Source: an uncultured bacterium (GTDB lineage: Bacteria > Actinomycetota > Acidimicrobiia > Spongiisociales > UBA5794). Taken from it: a stretch of 64,000 bases of DNA. The DNA lies in the NCBI GenBank assembly GCA_963801165.1, contig CAWDDT010000006.1, positions 32,001 through 96,000 on the forward strand, given 5' to 3'. How positions within the stretch are numbered: the first letter of the stretch is position 1; every line of letters begins with the position of its first letter. This document shows positions 1 to 10,740 of the stretch, piece by piece. The translations under genes and the position numbers were made by a program. The notes under the pieces were generated by a model. The model did not search any database and was not told the origin of the DNA. It worked only from the letters and a program-made list of their open reading frames with translations.

Positions 1-117
1 ATACGGATGGCGGGGTATCCAAATGCTCGGGATCGGGTACCGAGTTGGTCGCCCCAACTCCAGCCAGCTTTGTACGGGATTGCATCGCGGCGGAGGGAAG
101 GTGATTGGAGGTATGCG

Positions 118-504
118 ATGAAGCGATTCGATGAGTTTCTCGACATGTGGCTCCGGGCGGAACGCAGCGGTGATGCCGAGACGACCGCGTGGCTGTTGAC
201 CGACGACTTTGTTGGTATCGGGCCGCTTGGCTTTCAGCTCCCCAAGACGGCGTGGGTTGGACGCTTTGCCGGCGGCCTGCACTACGACGGGCTGGACCTC
301 GATGAGGTGGCGACTCGGTTCCACGGAAACTGCTCGATCACGACTGCGCGCTGGAACGCCAAGGGCACGTCACAAGGGCGGCCGATTCCGGAAGCGGCGC
401 GGGTCACACTGGTCGGTGTCGACGTTGACGGGTGGAAGGTCGCCGCCGTTCATTTGAGCTTCATCGCCGGGACCCCGGGTGCTCCGGCGATGGGTCCATC
501 ATGA
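118..504 (+). CDS. NTF2-like/SnoaL-like (DUF4440) protein
   Basis: GGAGG at ~107 before ATG118; LLTDDFVGIGPLGF and WKVAAVHLS motifs typical of DUF4440. Confidence 0.75.
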   Translation: MKRFDEFLDMWLRAERSGDAETTAWLLTDDFVGIGPLGFQLPKTAWVGRFAGGLHYDGLDLDEVATRFHGNCSITTARWNAKGTSQGRPIPEAARVTLVGVDVDGWKVAAVHLSFIAGTPGAPAMGPS

Positions 505-1046
505 CCGGACGGGTTGGCGTGGAGACGCCGCCCCGCACGGACCGATCCGCCTGGCGTCTGCGCCGGAGGACACGGCTGTGGGTACTGACGACCCACATCG
601 TCCTGTCGGTCGGGTTGTTGGGTGATGCCGCCGGGTTCCTGGCGGTCGCCATCCGTCACGTGACGTCGAACGATTCGGCGTTCGTGGCTTCGACGCTCGA
701 CCTGTTGGGCATGTTCGCCCTCTATTTCGGTATCCCGCTGAGCTTCTTGGCGCTGCTGACCGGCTTGCTCCTCGGGTTGGGCACGAGATGGGGCGTTCTT
801 CGCTACCCGTGGGTCGTTACCAAGCTCATTCTGATCACGACGGTGATCCTGGTCGGGGCGATTGTGCTGCGGCCGCTGCTTTTCGGCAACGACGTCAACG
901 ACACGGCCCTCATAGTTGGTGCCGGCTACGACGTTGCCGCGTTGGCGACCGCCACGGGCCTGGCGGTGTTCAAGCCGGGGCGTCGGTTCGGGTCGGCGAC
1001 GACCGAACGTGAAGCGACGAGGCGAAGGGAGGGTGACGTTGATTAG
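501..1046 (+). CDS. DUF2269-like integral membrane protein
   Basis: ATGA overlap with upstream stop; HIVLSVG and LGTRWGVLRYPWVVTKL motifs; 4 hydrophobic segments. Confidence 0.7.
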   Translation: MTGRVGVETPPRTDRSAWRLRRRTRLWVLTTHIVLSVGLLGDAAGFLAVAIRHVTSNDSAFVASTLDLLGMFALYFGIPLSFLALLTGLLLGLGTRWGVLRYPWVVTKLILITTVILVGAIVLRPLLFGNDVNDTALIVGAGYDVAALATATGLAVFKPGRRFGSATTEREATRRREGDVD

Positions 1047-1350
1047 CCGAGACCGCTCCGCACGTCGGCCCGCGCAAGGTGACGTGGCGTTGCTTCAGAC
1101 GCCGTTGGCGCAGCAGCTTCGCACCAGCACGATTCCGGCGCGGCTGGCGTATATCACCAGGTCCGGCGAGCCCAGAATCGTGCCATCGTGGTTCCACTGG
1201 GACGGAGCCAGAGTCGTGACGGCGACGTGGATCGCCGGGCCTCACGTGCGGCACCCGGCCCGCCGGATCCAGGACCTCGCCGCCAACCCGACGGCGGCCG
1301 TCAAGATCGACACCGAAGCTCGGCCGCCGCAGTCGCTGCGAATGCGGGGC
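1033..1350 (+). pseudogene. 3'-truncated pyridoxamine 5'-phosphate oxidase-like (PPOX/F420-binding) gene
   Basis: IPARLAYITRSGEPRIVPSWFHWDG...ANPTAAVKIDT...LRMRG, then the frame runs into unrelated sequence overlapping the VOC gene; end approximate. Confidence 0.6.
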
Positions 1351-1381
1351 GGGCGACCAAGGGAACTGACCGGATACATGG

Positions 1382-1831
1382 ATGGAGGCGATGAGCATGG
1401 ATTTCAAGTTGGAACTCGTGATGCTGCCGGTTTCGGACGTCGATCGCGCCAAAGACTTCTACACGAACACGCTGGGGTTCAAGCTCGAAGTCGACGGTGG
1501 CGCCAACGAGGGTGCGCGGAACGTGCAGGTGACTCCACCGGGATCGGCGTGCTCGGTCGGCTTTGGGAGCAGCCTGAGCCTCGACAGCGGCCCACTGATC
1601 ACCGCACCTCCCGGATCGCAGCGAGGGCTGCATCTGGCGGTAGCGGACATCGTCGCTGCCCGGGACGAGCTGGTCGGGCGGGGCGTCGGGGTGGGTGAGA
1701 TCGTCCACATGGAAGACGGTCGCTGGCGGCCGGGAGTGGACCCGGGAAGGAGCAGCTACATGTCGTTCGCCGAGTTCACCGACCCGGACGGCAACCTATG
1801 GCTCTTGCAGGAGATCGGACATGACGCGTAG
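1382..1831 (+). CDS. VOC family (glyoxalase/bleomycin resistance) protein
   Basis: LPVSDVDRAKDFY, VQVTPPGSACS, FTDPDGNLWLLQE; start may be 1391 or 1397. Confidence 0.9.
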   Translation: MEAMSMDFKLELVMLPVSDVDRAKDFYTNTLGFKLEVDGGANEGARNVQVTPPGSACSVGFGSSLSLDSGPLITAPPGSQRGLHLAVADIVAARDELVGRGVGVGEIVHMEDGRWRPGVDPGRSSYMSFAEFTDPDGNLWLLQEIGHDA

Positions 1832-3314
1832 CAGGGGCGCCCAAATGACAGGGGCGCCGACCTCCCCGAGTAGCGACATCAGCGTCGTTTCGTGGCGCGC
1901 CTTCGACGCGACGCTCCGAGGCCGGGTCGTTCTATCGGATGACGCCGATTTCGACCAGGTGCGAAAGGGGCCGATCGCTAGGTTCGACAATGTCTTGCCG
2001 GCGGCAATCGTCCTGTGTCGGTCGGCGGAAGACGTGGCAGCTGCCGTCTCATTCGCCGGCCGCTCGGGGATCGCCCCCACGGTCCGTAGCGGTGGCCACT
2101 CCTTTGCGGGGTATTCCACCGGTTCAGGGATGGTCATCGACGTTAGCCCCATGCGGTCCATCTCCGTCGTCGGCGGGGTGGCCACCGTCGGCGCCGGTGC
2201 CCGGCTCGGCGAGGTCTACGACGCGATGGATCAACGTTCGCTTACGATTCCCGCCGGTTGTGGGCCCACCGTCGGGATCGCCGGTCTGACGCTCGGCGGG
2301 GGACTGGGGATTCTCGGTCGCAGCCACGGACTCACCGCAGACAGCCTGATCGGCGCCGAGGTGGTTATGGCCGACGCACGTATCGTCACCTGCGACTCCG
2401 ACCACGAGCCCGATCTGTTCTGGGCGCTGCGCGGCGCGGGCGCGTGTGGCTTTGGGGTGGTGACGTCCCTGGTGTTCCGCACCATGCCCGCGCCCCACGT
2501 GACCTGCTTCCATCTCACGTGGCCACCGAGTGAGCTGAGCAATGTTGTAGACGTCTGGCAGGGTTGGGCGCCAACAGCGCCCGACGCGCTGGCTGCCAGT
2601 CTCCTCGTCACCGCCGCCGGAGACGCGGCGCCAAGTGTCAACGTCTTTGGGGCGATGGTCGGCAACGAGTCGGCGACCGATCGGCTCCTCGCAGGCCTGG
2701 CGGACAGGATGGGTGGCGACCCGGAGACCTCGTTTCGCGAGGAGATGCCCTATCGCGATGCCAAGAGGTATCTGGCCGCGTTGGGGGAGCGATTTGACGA
2801 CGGATGGACGGGCGAGATGTCGGCACCGGGTCACAGCTATAGCAAGTCGGAGTACTTCCGGCGGCCCCTCGCCAGAGAGGCGATCGACGGGCTCATCGAG
2901 AGGCTGACCAGGGCGACGGCATCTGGTCAGGTGCGTCAACTCGACTTCACACCCTGGGGTGGCGCCTATAACCGTCTCCGATCGGATGCCACCGCCTTTC
3001 CGCATCGAGAAGAGCTCTTCTTGCTCAAACACGAGCTGATCGTCGACCCGACCCAACCCGATTCGACGACAGACGCCGGCGCCCACTGGCTCCAGAAATC
3101 CTGGGAGACGGTGCATCCGTGGGGATCCGGCGGCGTCTATCCGAACTTCCCCGACCCCGATCTGGTGGACGAGGGCCACACCTACTTCCAGGACAACTTC
3201 GAGCGGCTGGTCTCACTGAAGACCAAGTATGACCCTGCCAACGTCTTTCGATCAGCGCTGGCAACGACGACCTCCGCCGTCCAACACCGTCGCCGCGCCG
3301 ATCACGCCACATAG
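1821..3314 (+). CDS. FAD-binding oxidoreductase, berberine bridge enzyme-like
   Basis: RSGGHS covalent-FAD motif, GCGPTVG, LFWALRGAG, C-terminal YPNF...LKTKYDPANVF. Confidence 0.9.
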   Translation: MTRSRGAQMTGAPTSPSSDISVVSWRAFDATLRGRVVLSDDADFDQVRKGPIARFDNVLPAAIVLCRSAEDVAAAVSFAGRSGIAPTVRSGGHSFAGYSTGSGMVIDVSPMRSISVVGGVATVGAGARLGEVYDAMDQRSLTIPAGCGPTVGIAGLTLGGGLGILGRSHGLTADSLIGAEVVMADARIVTCDSDHEPDLFWALRGAGACGFGVVTSLVFRTMPAPHVTCFHLTWPPSELSNVVDVWQGWAPTAPDALAASLLVTAAGDAAPSVNVFGAMVGNESATDRLLAGLADRMGGDPETSFREEMPYRDAKRYLAALGERFDDGWTGEMSAPGHSYSKSEYFRRPLAREAIDGLIERLTRATASGQVRQLDFTPWGGAYNRLRSDATAFPHREELFLLKHELIVDPTQPDSTTDAGAHWLQKSWETVHPWGSGGVYPNFPDPDLVDEGHTYFQDNFERLVSLKTKYDPANVFRSALATTTSAVQHRRRADHAT

Positions 3315-3350
3315 CCCGGGCCTCGAGCCTGGAACCTAGGAGGTTTGGAG

Positions 3351-4235
3351 ATGAAGATATCGATCAGTGTCACCAACTACTCGTGGAACGGGGCCGGCGC
3401 GAGTCTCGTCTCGCAGCTCGACGCGATCGCAATCGCTGCCGACGTTGCGGGTGTCGACACCCTCTGGGTGGCCGATCATCTGGTCCAGGCCGACCCGGGC
3501 GCCAGCCTGGATGAGCCGATGCTCGAGGCATATACCACTCTGGGCTATCTCGCCGCCCGAACGTCGAGATTGAACCTGGGGACGATGGTCACGTGGGCGG
3601 GTATCCGCCCCGCCGCATTGCTGGTGAAGGCGGTCACGACCCTGGTCGTCTTGTCGAGGGGTCGTGGATGGCTGGGGCTGGGAGCGGGCTACCGGGATGA
3701 CGAGGCGAAGATGATGGGTCTGCCGTTTGGGTCCACCCGCGAGCGTTTCGAAGTCCTCGAAGACACCATCGAACTGGCCAAACAGATGTGGGCCGGCGAC
3801 GAGGCTGAGTTCGCGGGCCGGCAGGTCCACGTTGAGCGTCCCATCTCACATCCGGAACCGGTCAGCCCGCCCCGGATACTGATCGGAGGGATGGGGGAGA
3901 AGCGGACCCTGCCGCTCGTGGCCCGTCACGCCGACGCCTGCAACCTGTTCGACATCCCCGACGAAGGCAAGACCATCCGACACAAGATCGCCGTCCTCAA
4001 CGATGTCTGTCGTGAAATCGGCCGCAACCCTGCAGAGATCGAAGCCACCGTCAGTGCCCGCCTCGAACCCTCCGAGTCGGTCTCCAGCCTGGTCGACCGA
4101 TGCGTCGACTTTGCTGACTGGGGCATCGATCACGTCGTGCTCATCACCACCGGACCGTGGGACGCCGACCGGGTCGCCACAGTCGGTAACGCAATCCAGA
4201 CGATCACCGACCTGGGCTCTGGAGGACGCCGATGA
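3351..4235 (+). CDS. LLM-class (probably F420-dependent) oxidoreductase
   Basis: WVADHL, EAYTTLGYLAART, ILIGGMGEKRTLPLVARHADACN. Confidence 0.88.
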   Translation: MKISISVTNYSWNGAGASLVSQLDAIAIAADVAGVDTLWVADHLVQADPGASLDEPMLEAYTTLGYLAARTSRLNLGTMVTWAGIRPAALLVKAVTTLVVLSRGRGWLGLGAGYRDDEAKMMGLPFGSTRERFEVLEDTIELAKQMWAGDEAEFAGRQVHVERPISHPEPVSPPRILIGGMGEKRTLPLVARHADACNLFDIPDEGKTIRHKIAVLNDVCREIGRNPAEIEATVSARLEPSESVSSLVDRCVDFADWGIDHVVLITTGPWDADRVATVGNAIQTITDLGSGGRR

Positions 4236-4368
4236 TGCCAGGCGATTTACGCGACAACCGTGCCCGCGCCCCGACTGGCCGATCAGTGGCGATTCGTTGC
4301 CCCGACCGTCCGATAGCAGCCCGCCCATCCCCGAAAACCAGTCGGAAACCGACTAGGAGAAGCCGCCA

Positions 4369-4914
4369 ATGCGCAAGATCATCAGCTTCACCCACGCCAC
4401 CGCCGACGGCTACATCGATCGCCCCCATGAGTGGGAGCGCTCCAACGAGGAACTGCAGGACTACATACTGAAGATGCACCTCGACGCCGACGCCCTGCTG
4501 CTCGGCCGAATCACCCACGAAGGCATGGCACAAGCCTGGCCCAACAGACACGGTGACCCATTCTCCGACCACGTCAACTCGATGACCAAGTACGTCGTCG
4601 CGTCCCAGCCGGTCGACACCACGGCATGGGAACCGAGCGTGGTCATCGCCGGAGCCGACCTGCTCGACGAGGTCAGCCGCCTGAAGCAGGCCGATGGCGG
4701 TGACATCGTCATCTGGGGCACGGGACAGCTCACCGATGCCCTCGCCGAGGCTGGTCTGCTCGACGAGTATCGAATCTGCACCGCCCCGGTCATCAAAGGG
4801 GGAGGCGAGCCCCTGTTTCGCCCCGCCAGCGCCGGCGCTCTCGAGCTCCTGGACACCAAGGTCGTTGCCACCGGAGCCGTCGTTCACACCTACCACCCTA
4901 TCTCAGCCCAATGA
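4369..4914 (+). CDS. Dihydrofolate reductase family (RibD C-terminal-like) protein
   Basis: MRKII..TADGYI, LLLGRIT, GDIVIWGTGQL, LLDEYRI..PVIKGGG. Confidence 0.88.
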   Translation: MRKIISFTHATADGYIDRPHEWERSNEELQDYILKMHLDADALLLGRITHEGMAQAWPNRHGDPFSDHVNSMTKYVVASQPVDTTAWEPSVVIAGADLLDEVSRLKQADGGDIVIWGTGQLTDALAEAGLLDEYRICTAPVIKGGGEPLFRPASAGALELLDTKVVATGAVVHTYHPISAQ

Positions 4915-5076
4915 CCAGCGACTTCGAGCCGACGGCTCGGCAGCGACAACGAGGAGACACGCCATGAACACCTACCTACCGGCGAGACGGTGATCAAGGC
5001 GACCCGAAGGCCACGATCGTCACCCTCTCGATGTCCTGCTTGCAGCTAAGAACGTGACCGTCACTGGAGGAATGCG

Positions 5077-5679
5077 ATGAGTGAACTGATAGTCGACTTT
5101 ATTACCTCGCTCGACGGGTATGCATCGGCGGATGGCTGGCCGGGATGGTGGGGTGTCGCATCCCCCGAGTACCTCGGATGGCTCGGTGAGCAGCCCGAAG
5201 CCACGCTCTTGATGGGCGCCACCACTTACCGTCTCATGTCGGGCATGGCAGAAGGTCGGAACCCGGACGGCACCGACGGGTTTTCTGACGATGAGCAGGC
5301 GGCGATCGACGGGCTAACTCGAGCTTCGAAGGTCGTGTTCTCGTCCACTCTCGATGAGCCGTTGTCGTGGCCAAACAGCACGCTGGTACGGGGCGACGCA
5401 GTGGATGCCGTGCGGGCCATGAAAGAGGACGGCTCAGGTCTGTTGACCACGATCGGCAGTGTCAGCCTGTGCCGGTCACTCGTCACGGCCGGTCTCGTCG
5501 ACCGATTCCGGGTCGTGATATTCCCCGTCATCACCGGCGCCACCGGAGCGGAACGCATCTACGACGGCTACTCCGATATCGCGCTCGAGATGACGCAGAG
5601 CCGCACTTTCGAGGGTGGCCTCCAGATGGTCGAGTACCGACCCCGCGTTCTCGAGCACCCGCCGCTCTACGCCCCATGA
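5077..5679 (+). CDS. Dihydrofolate reductase family (RibD C-terminal-like) protein
   Basis: FITSLDGY, LMGATTY, KVVFSSTL, GLVDRFRVVIFPVITG; GGAGG SD. Confidence 0.88.
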   Translation: MSELIVDFITSLDGYASADGWPGWWGVASPEYLGWLGEQPEATLLMGATTYRLMSGMAEGRNPDGTDGFSDDEQAAIDGLTRASKVVFSSTLDEPLSWPNSTLVRGDAVDAVRAMKEDGSGLLTTIGSVSLCRSLVTAGLVDRFRVVIFPVITGATGAERIYDGYSDIALEMTQSRTFEGGLQMVEYRPRVLEHPPLYAP

Positions 5680-5772
5680 CCTGTGTTTCCCGGTGGATAA
5701 TGACGTCCGAACCAACGTTGCCTGAGCGCGATTGCCGTGGATCGTTCAGGCTGAGGTGAGAGGGATCCGGGT

Positions 5773-6579
5773 ATGACCAGGCCGTTCCGATTCGGGGTCG
5801 TTGCCCCGCTGGTAACCGACATGGCGTCGTGGCGGGACCGGCTACGCCGCGTCGCCGACTCCGGCTACGCGACGTTGCTGATGCCTGACGTGCCGCAATG
5901 GCAGCCGGCGCCCGGCCCCACGCTGGCATACGCAGCGGCGCTCGCCGATCTGAAGGTGGGTACCTGGGTTTATGCCTCCCCATTGCGGCCGGCGTGGAGC
6001 ACTGCGTGGGAAGCACATTCGCTGTCGGTACTCACCGACGGGCGTTTCGAGATGGGAATCGGTACCGGCCGGCCAGGAATCGAAGACGAACTCCGCGAAC
6101 TGGGCTTGCCCGTGGTCCCGCCCAGCGAGCGGCTGGCATCGGTGCGTGACACCGTGACGGCTCTGCGGGATCTGGATGGTCCCGACCTTCACACGCCGGT
6201 GGTGATGGCCGTGCGGGGACCGAAGGCCCGGGCGCTGGCGGCCGAACTCGCAGATACGGTCACGTTCGCACTGATGCCGGATGAATCCCGGGCCATGGTG
6301 GCGCGGCTGGCATCGGACTTCCGTGCCGTCGCGGACGTCGAACTAGCACTCCATGTGCCGGTCATAGGCGACGCCGTCGCGCCTTTCATGGCGCCCCCGG
6401 ACACGGATCCAGCGGCGCTTCGGGCCTGGGACTCGCTCGCAGTACTTCCCGATGACCCGGCCGCGGCCGCCGAGGAAATCCAACGGCGACGAGAGGAGAT
6501 CGGCTTTTCCTACTTCGTGTTCGGCGCCGACTTCGCCGACGCGTTCGCACCGGTCGTCGCTCGGCTGGCCGGTAACTAA
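5773..6579 (+). CDS. LLM-class flavin-dependent oxidoreductase
   Basis: RPFRFGV, GYATLLMPD, TDGRFEMGIGTG, C-terminal GFSYFV. Confidence 0.82.
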   Translation: MTRPFRFGVVAPLVTDMASWRDRLRRVADSGYATLLMPDVPQWQPAPGPTLAYAAALADLKVGTWVYASPLRPAWSTAWEAHSLSVLTDGRFEMGIGTGRPGIEDELRELGLPVVPPSERLASVRDTVTALRDLDGPDLHTPVVMAVRGPKARALAAELADTVTFALMPDESRAMVARLASDFRAVADVELALHVPVIGDAVAPFMAPPDTDPAALRAWDSLAVLPDDPAAAAEEIQRRREEIGFSYFVFGADFADAFAPVVARLAGN

Positions 6580-6596
6580 GCCGGGTGGAGGCGAAG

Positions 6597-7097
6597 ATGG
6601 ATCGCGGACCGAAGCCCCCGTCGGCAACAGCCGAGACGGACGCTACCCGCCCCACCGCTCGCCGTTCACGAAGCGCCCGCCGCGTTGGATATGCACTCAC
6701 CGCCGGTGTCAACCTCATCGCGTGGTGGATCACCCTCAACCTGCTCGATTGGGGATGGCCCTCATTCCTGACCGGCGCCTTCGAGGATCTGTCGGCGCTG
6801 ATCGGGTTCTCGCTTGCGGCCACCGCCGTGATGAACTTGACCTGGATGGCGCACGACCCGCCGCGGTTCAAACACACCGCCCAGATCGCGCTGAATGTCG
6901 TCAGCATGGCGGTGACCATCCGGACATGGCAGGTATTCCCATTCGATTTCTCGACATTCTCATACGACTGGACGGTGGTGGTGCGCCTCGCAATAGGGGC
7001 GAGCATGCTCGGGCTGATCGTGGCTTCGGTCAGCGAGTTGGTGAAGGTGGTGCCGTTGGCAGGAGATGACGAGCGGAAAGGGGACGGCGATGGCTAA
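6597..7097 (+). CDS. Hypothetical membrane protein
   Basis: GGAGG SD; 4 hydrophobic segments; WQVFPFDFS motif. Confidence 0.65.
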   Translation: MDRGPKPPSATAETDATRPTARRSRSARRVGYALTAGVNLIAWWITLNLLDWGWPSFLTGAFEDLSALIGFSLAATAVMNLTWMAHDPPRFKHTAQIALNVVSMAVTIRTWQVFPFDFSTFSYDWTVVVRLAIGASMLGLIVASVSELVKVVPLAGDDERKGDGDG

Positions 7098-7989
7098 AGA
7101 AAACGCGCAGTTCGAAGTAAGAGAGACCGACCTGAAGCTCGGCGACGGGCGCGTGTTGCATTTCTACGACGCGGGAGTGCTCTCCGATCGGGCGACTACG
7201 GTGTTCTGGCTCCACGGGACCCCCAACGTCGGCGCACCACCCGAACCGCTGTTTCCCGCTGCGGCTCGGCTCGGGCTGCGCTGGGTTTCCTATGACCGGC
7301 CCGGGTACGGCGGATCGACCCCGAATCCGGGTCGTGCGGTGGCTTCGGCAGCCCTGATGTCGCTGCGATTGCGGACGCGGCCGGCGTTGACGTCTTTGCT
7401 GTGATGGGTCACTCAGGCGGGGCCCCACACGCGTTGGCGTGTGGGGCGTTGCTCGGGGAGCGGGTGAACGGCGTCGCCGCCGGGTCGGGTCTGGCACCGC
7501 GCGCCGCATCGGGGCTCAACTGGTTTGCGGGGATGGCCGCACCCGGAACTGCAGAGCTGCGGGCGGCACAGGCCGGACGTGTGGCGTTGGAAGACTATAT
7601 CTCGGGTGCGGTCTTCGACCCGGAGGTCTTTACCCCGGCAGATCTGGCGATATTGCAGGGAGAGTGGGCGTGGCTGGGGATGGTGGCGCAGCGGGGAATG
7701 GAGTCCGGGCCCGCTGGGATGGTGGACGACGACCTAGGCTTACGTTTCCCCCTGGGGGTTCGATCCGGAAGATGTCACGGCGCCGACCTTGATCGTCCAC
7801 GGCGGGCGGGACCGCATCGTGCCCTGCTCGCACGGCGAATGGTTGTCCGATCACATACCGTGCGCCGAGCTCTGGCTGCGTCCAGGCGCAGGTCACGTCT
7901 CGGTGCTCGAGAGCGCAGAGGAGGCGCTCGCCTGGCTGCTCGAAAGGGATCGATCAGGTGGGGAGATGATGACTGATGTCAATATCTGA
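7090..7989 (+). pseudogene. Alpha/beta hydrolase split by two frameshifts
   Basis: HGTP..YDRPGYGGS (frame 1), GHSGG nucleophile (frame 2), VHGGRDRIVP..GAGH (frame 1 again); shifts near 7355 and 7738. Confidence 0.8.
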
Positions 7990-8773
7990 GGTTGGAGTGC
8001 TCCAGGGTCGTGTGGCGGTGGTCACGGGTGCCGGGTCGGGTATCGGCCGGGCAACGGCCATCGAGCTCGCGGACGCCGCAGCAGACGTCTTCGGCGCCGA
8101 CCTGAACGTCGCCGGTCTCGACAAGACCCGGAAGCTGATCGAGGGCGACTCAGGGTCGTTCGTCGGCGTGCAATGCGATGTCACAGCCGCCGGTGACCTC
8201 GACCGCCTATACGCGGCGGCCGCTTCGAGGTTCGGCGGCGTCGACATCGTCTGCAACATCGCCGGTGTAGGGGGAGGCGACGATTGGCTCACCGATTCCG
8301 ATGGCGAGTGGCGGCGGGTCATCGACATCGATTTGGTCGCCGTCATCGATGCCACCCGCGCCGCGTTGACGCATCTGCGTGACGGCGGGATCATCGTCAA
8401 CGTGGCGTCGTTGATCGGCCTGTACCCGATGGCCTCGGCAGCGATCTACGGAGCAGCCAAAGCCGGAGTCGTTCACTTCACGCGCTCACTAGCCGACATC
8501 GGCGCACAACGGAATTGTCATGCGGTCGCTATTTGTCCGGAACTCGTCGACACCCCGCTGGCCGAAACCGGGATGGGCGCCGACGCAATGAGCCGGCTGC
8601 GCCAAGAAGGGGCAGTCGTCACACCAGCCGACATCGGCGGCCTCATCCGGGACATCGTTGTCGACCCGATGTCATATGGCACCGTCGTCCAAATCACCCA
8701 GCAGGGCGGCGTCGAGACGATCGACCTCACCCCGACTACAGTCACAACCGAGACAAAAAGCAGCACGCAATGA
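7976..8773 (+). CDS. Short-chain dehydrogenase/reductase
   Basis: TGAGSGIG, CNIAG, YGAAK catalytic motif. Confidence 0.92.
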   Translation: MSISEVGVLQGRVAVVTGAGSGIGRATAIELADAAADVFGADLNVAGLDKTRKLIEGDSGSFVGVQCDVTAAGDLDRLYAAAASRFGGVDIVCNIAGVGGGDDWLTDSDGEWRRVIDIDLVAVIDATRAALTHLRDGGIIVNVASLIGLYPMASAAIYGAAKAGVVHFTRSLADIGAQRNCHAVAICPELVDTPLAETGMGADAMSRLRQEGAVVTPADIGGLIRDIVVDPMSYGTVVQITQQGGVETIDLTPTTVTTETKSSTQ

Positions 8774-8949
8774 GCAAACTGATCGGCGAGTTCATCGCAT
8801 CGGCTGCCAGAGACCCCGACGGGTTCGTCGCCAGCGGCATCGAAAAGGGTGCAGCCGGGGGCTTCTCGTCCCAGTCCGTCGCTCGCGGTTTGAACGAATT
8901 CCGCCCCGACGAGATGACGGGGCCGGCCCCCTCCGCCTGTACCGGGCGA

Positions 8950-9256
8950 CGGCTATCGGCCTCTGGGTGCTGGGAGAGCACGACCAGCGGATACCGGTCA
9001 GGCTCGAATGATGCGCCCCGAATCCGCCTCAATGACTCCACACGCCGCACATCCGATGCTGCCCGATCGCTGGTCACTCACGCCATGCCGAGTCCACCAT
9101 ACGCTCGAGCGACGAAGAACGTCAGGGAGGCGGCACCGAGTCGCTGTCCCAATTGTGACGATCGACCCAGGCGCCGTGAATCAGCACGAGCGGAGGACCG
9201 TTCCGTCCCGTCCGCTCCCACCAGAGGCCGACTCCGTTGATCACGGTCTTCGGCAT
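8950..9256 (-). pseudogene. Decayed alpha/beta hydrolase remnant
   Basis: GAGGAGG SD, then MPKTVINGVGLWWERTG..GPPLVLIHGAWVDRHNW followed by stop and frame breaks; left boundary approximate. Confidence 0.6.
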
Positions 9257-9679
9257 GTTGCCTCCTCGCTGCCGTGCGGGACGCATCCACGGTCCGAGAC
9301 TACCGAACGGCGCCGACCCGTGCTCCGTCGGCACCGCAAGCAAACCACGGGAACGTGACAACCAGCAATTGCGGTCATGGCCGGCAACAACCAGTGGTGA
9401 ACCGTGGATGCTCGGAGGGAACCGGTGATGGTCGGTGGCGTCGGTTGCGCGTTCACATCGCAGAGGTCGCGGACCGCAAGCGGTCCGTCCGTTCGATCCC
9501 GGTAGCGCCCACCAGGAAAGGCGGTAATGGTCTGGCTAATCCCCGACAGGACGGTCTGTCGTCCGAGGTCGGTTTGTGCAACCGATCATGGGCGAGTTCG
9601 TGCACTGGCTTTCGGCACTCGGGCATGCCCGGCGCTTTCGCCCGCTGTGCCAACACGCCGTACATAAAGCTGTAGTGTT

Positions 9680-10540
9680 TTGGGCGTGGTGTCAAGGTTC
9701 GTTTCAGTAGGTGACATCAAACTCTTCGTCGTGAGTGAGGGGTCTGGCGATCCTGTGATGTTGGTGCACGGAGGGCCCGGGATAGGTCACTACTACCTCA
9801 AGTCCATGATCGAGCATTTAGCGGACCGGTTTACCGTCTATTCCTATGACCAAAGGGCGAGCGGCAGATCGGAGGTTGGCGACGTCGGCAAGATAACTCT
9901 CGGAGACTCGGTCGCTGATCTGGACAACCTGAGGGAAGCCTTGGGACTCGAGCGTTTTGTGCTGCTCGGGCATTCATTCGGGTCGATCATCGCCCTTCTC
10001 TATGCGGCGAGATACCCCGAGCGGGTTGTATCTCTAGCCCTCATCAATCCGGCCCCGCCAGTTGACCCGGACGAACAGGCGCTGTTCTACTCGGACCTCA
10101 GGGGGCGATTCACCCCTGAACAAAGGGCCAGGGTTGAAGACTTCGAGAATCGGAAGCTCTACGAGAACGCGGATCCGGAAGAATTCCGCGAGTACTACGG
10201 CGCGTACTTCGGTCCCTGCTTCGATGACGCGGGGAACGCGAGAGGCTTCGACTTTGGCTTCACCAAGACCACGGCCCAAAACCTGTGGCTCTCGTTCACC
10301 AGGCTGTGGGCCGATGTGGAAGTTCAGAGGCCATTGGAGAGAGCAGAAGATATCGTTGCGCCGACGCTGGTGGTCCACTGTGAGAACGACCCCATCCCGG
10401 AATCGTTTCCCCGCAGGCTGTCGTCTCTGATCGGCGGCGCCGAGTATGTCGTTCTCAACGATGTCAACCATTTCGCATTCTTCGAGAATCCCGGGCCCTT
10501 CTATCGCGTTTTGGATCCGTTCTTGGACGCACACTCCTAA
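9680..10540 (+). CDS. Alpha/beta hydrolase, proline iminopeptidase-like
   Basis: HGGPG, YDQRASGRS, GHSFG nucleophile, C-terminal His (VNHFAFFE); start uncertain (TTG or GTG). Confidence 0.85.
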   Translation: MGVVSRFVSVGDIKLFVVSEGSGDPVMLVHGGPGIGHYYLKSMIEHLADRFTVYSYDQRASGRSEVGDVGKITLGDSVADLDNLREALGLERFVLLGHSFGSIIALLYAARYPERVVSLALINPAPPVDPDEQALFYSDLRGRFTPEQRARVEDFENRKLYENADPEEFREYYGAYFGPCFDDAGNARGFDFGFTKTTAQNLWLSFTRLWADVEVQRPLERAEDIVAPTLVVHCENDPIPESFPRRLSSLIGGAEYVVLNDVNHFAFFENPGPFYRVLDPFLDAHS

Positions 10541-10740
10541 CCGGCCGATGCGGATTGCCGTGGGTTGAGCGTTGAGTTCATCGGATCGTCAGCCGTTGGC
10601 TGGCTCTGTCGACGATCGCCGTCACTGGTGCACACCTCGTGATCGGGATTCCACCGTCTCGACAGGGAGGCGATGGGCTGCGAACCCCACGCAGGGGAGT
10701 GGCCGGCGATTCTGTCGTTGAGGACGACGGTGCTGTGGGT

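Noticed and set aside
7090-7989. Programmed ribosomal frameshifting in the hydrolase
   Set aside because: No slippery heptamer recognised at either shift; two independent indels fit decay or sequencing error
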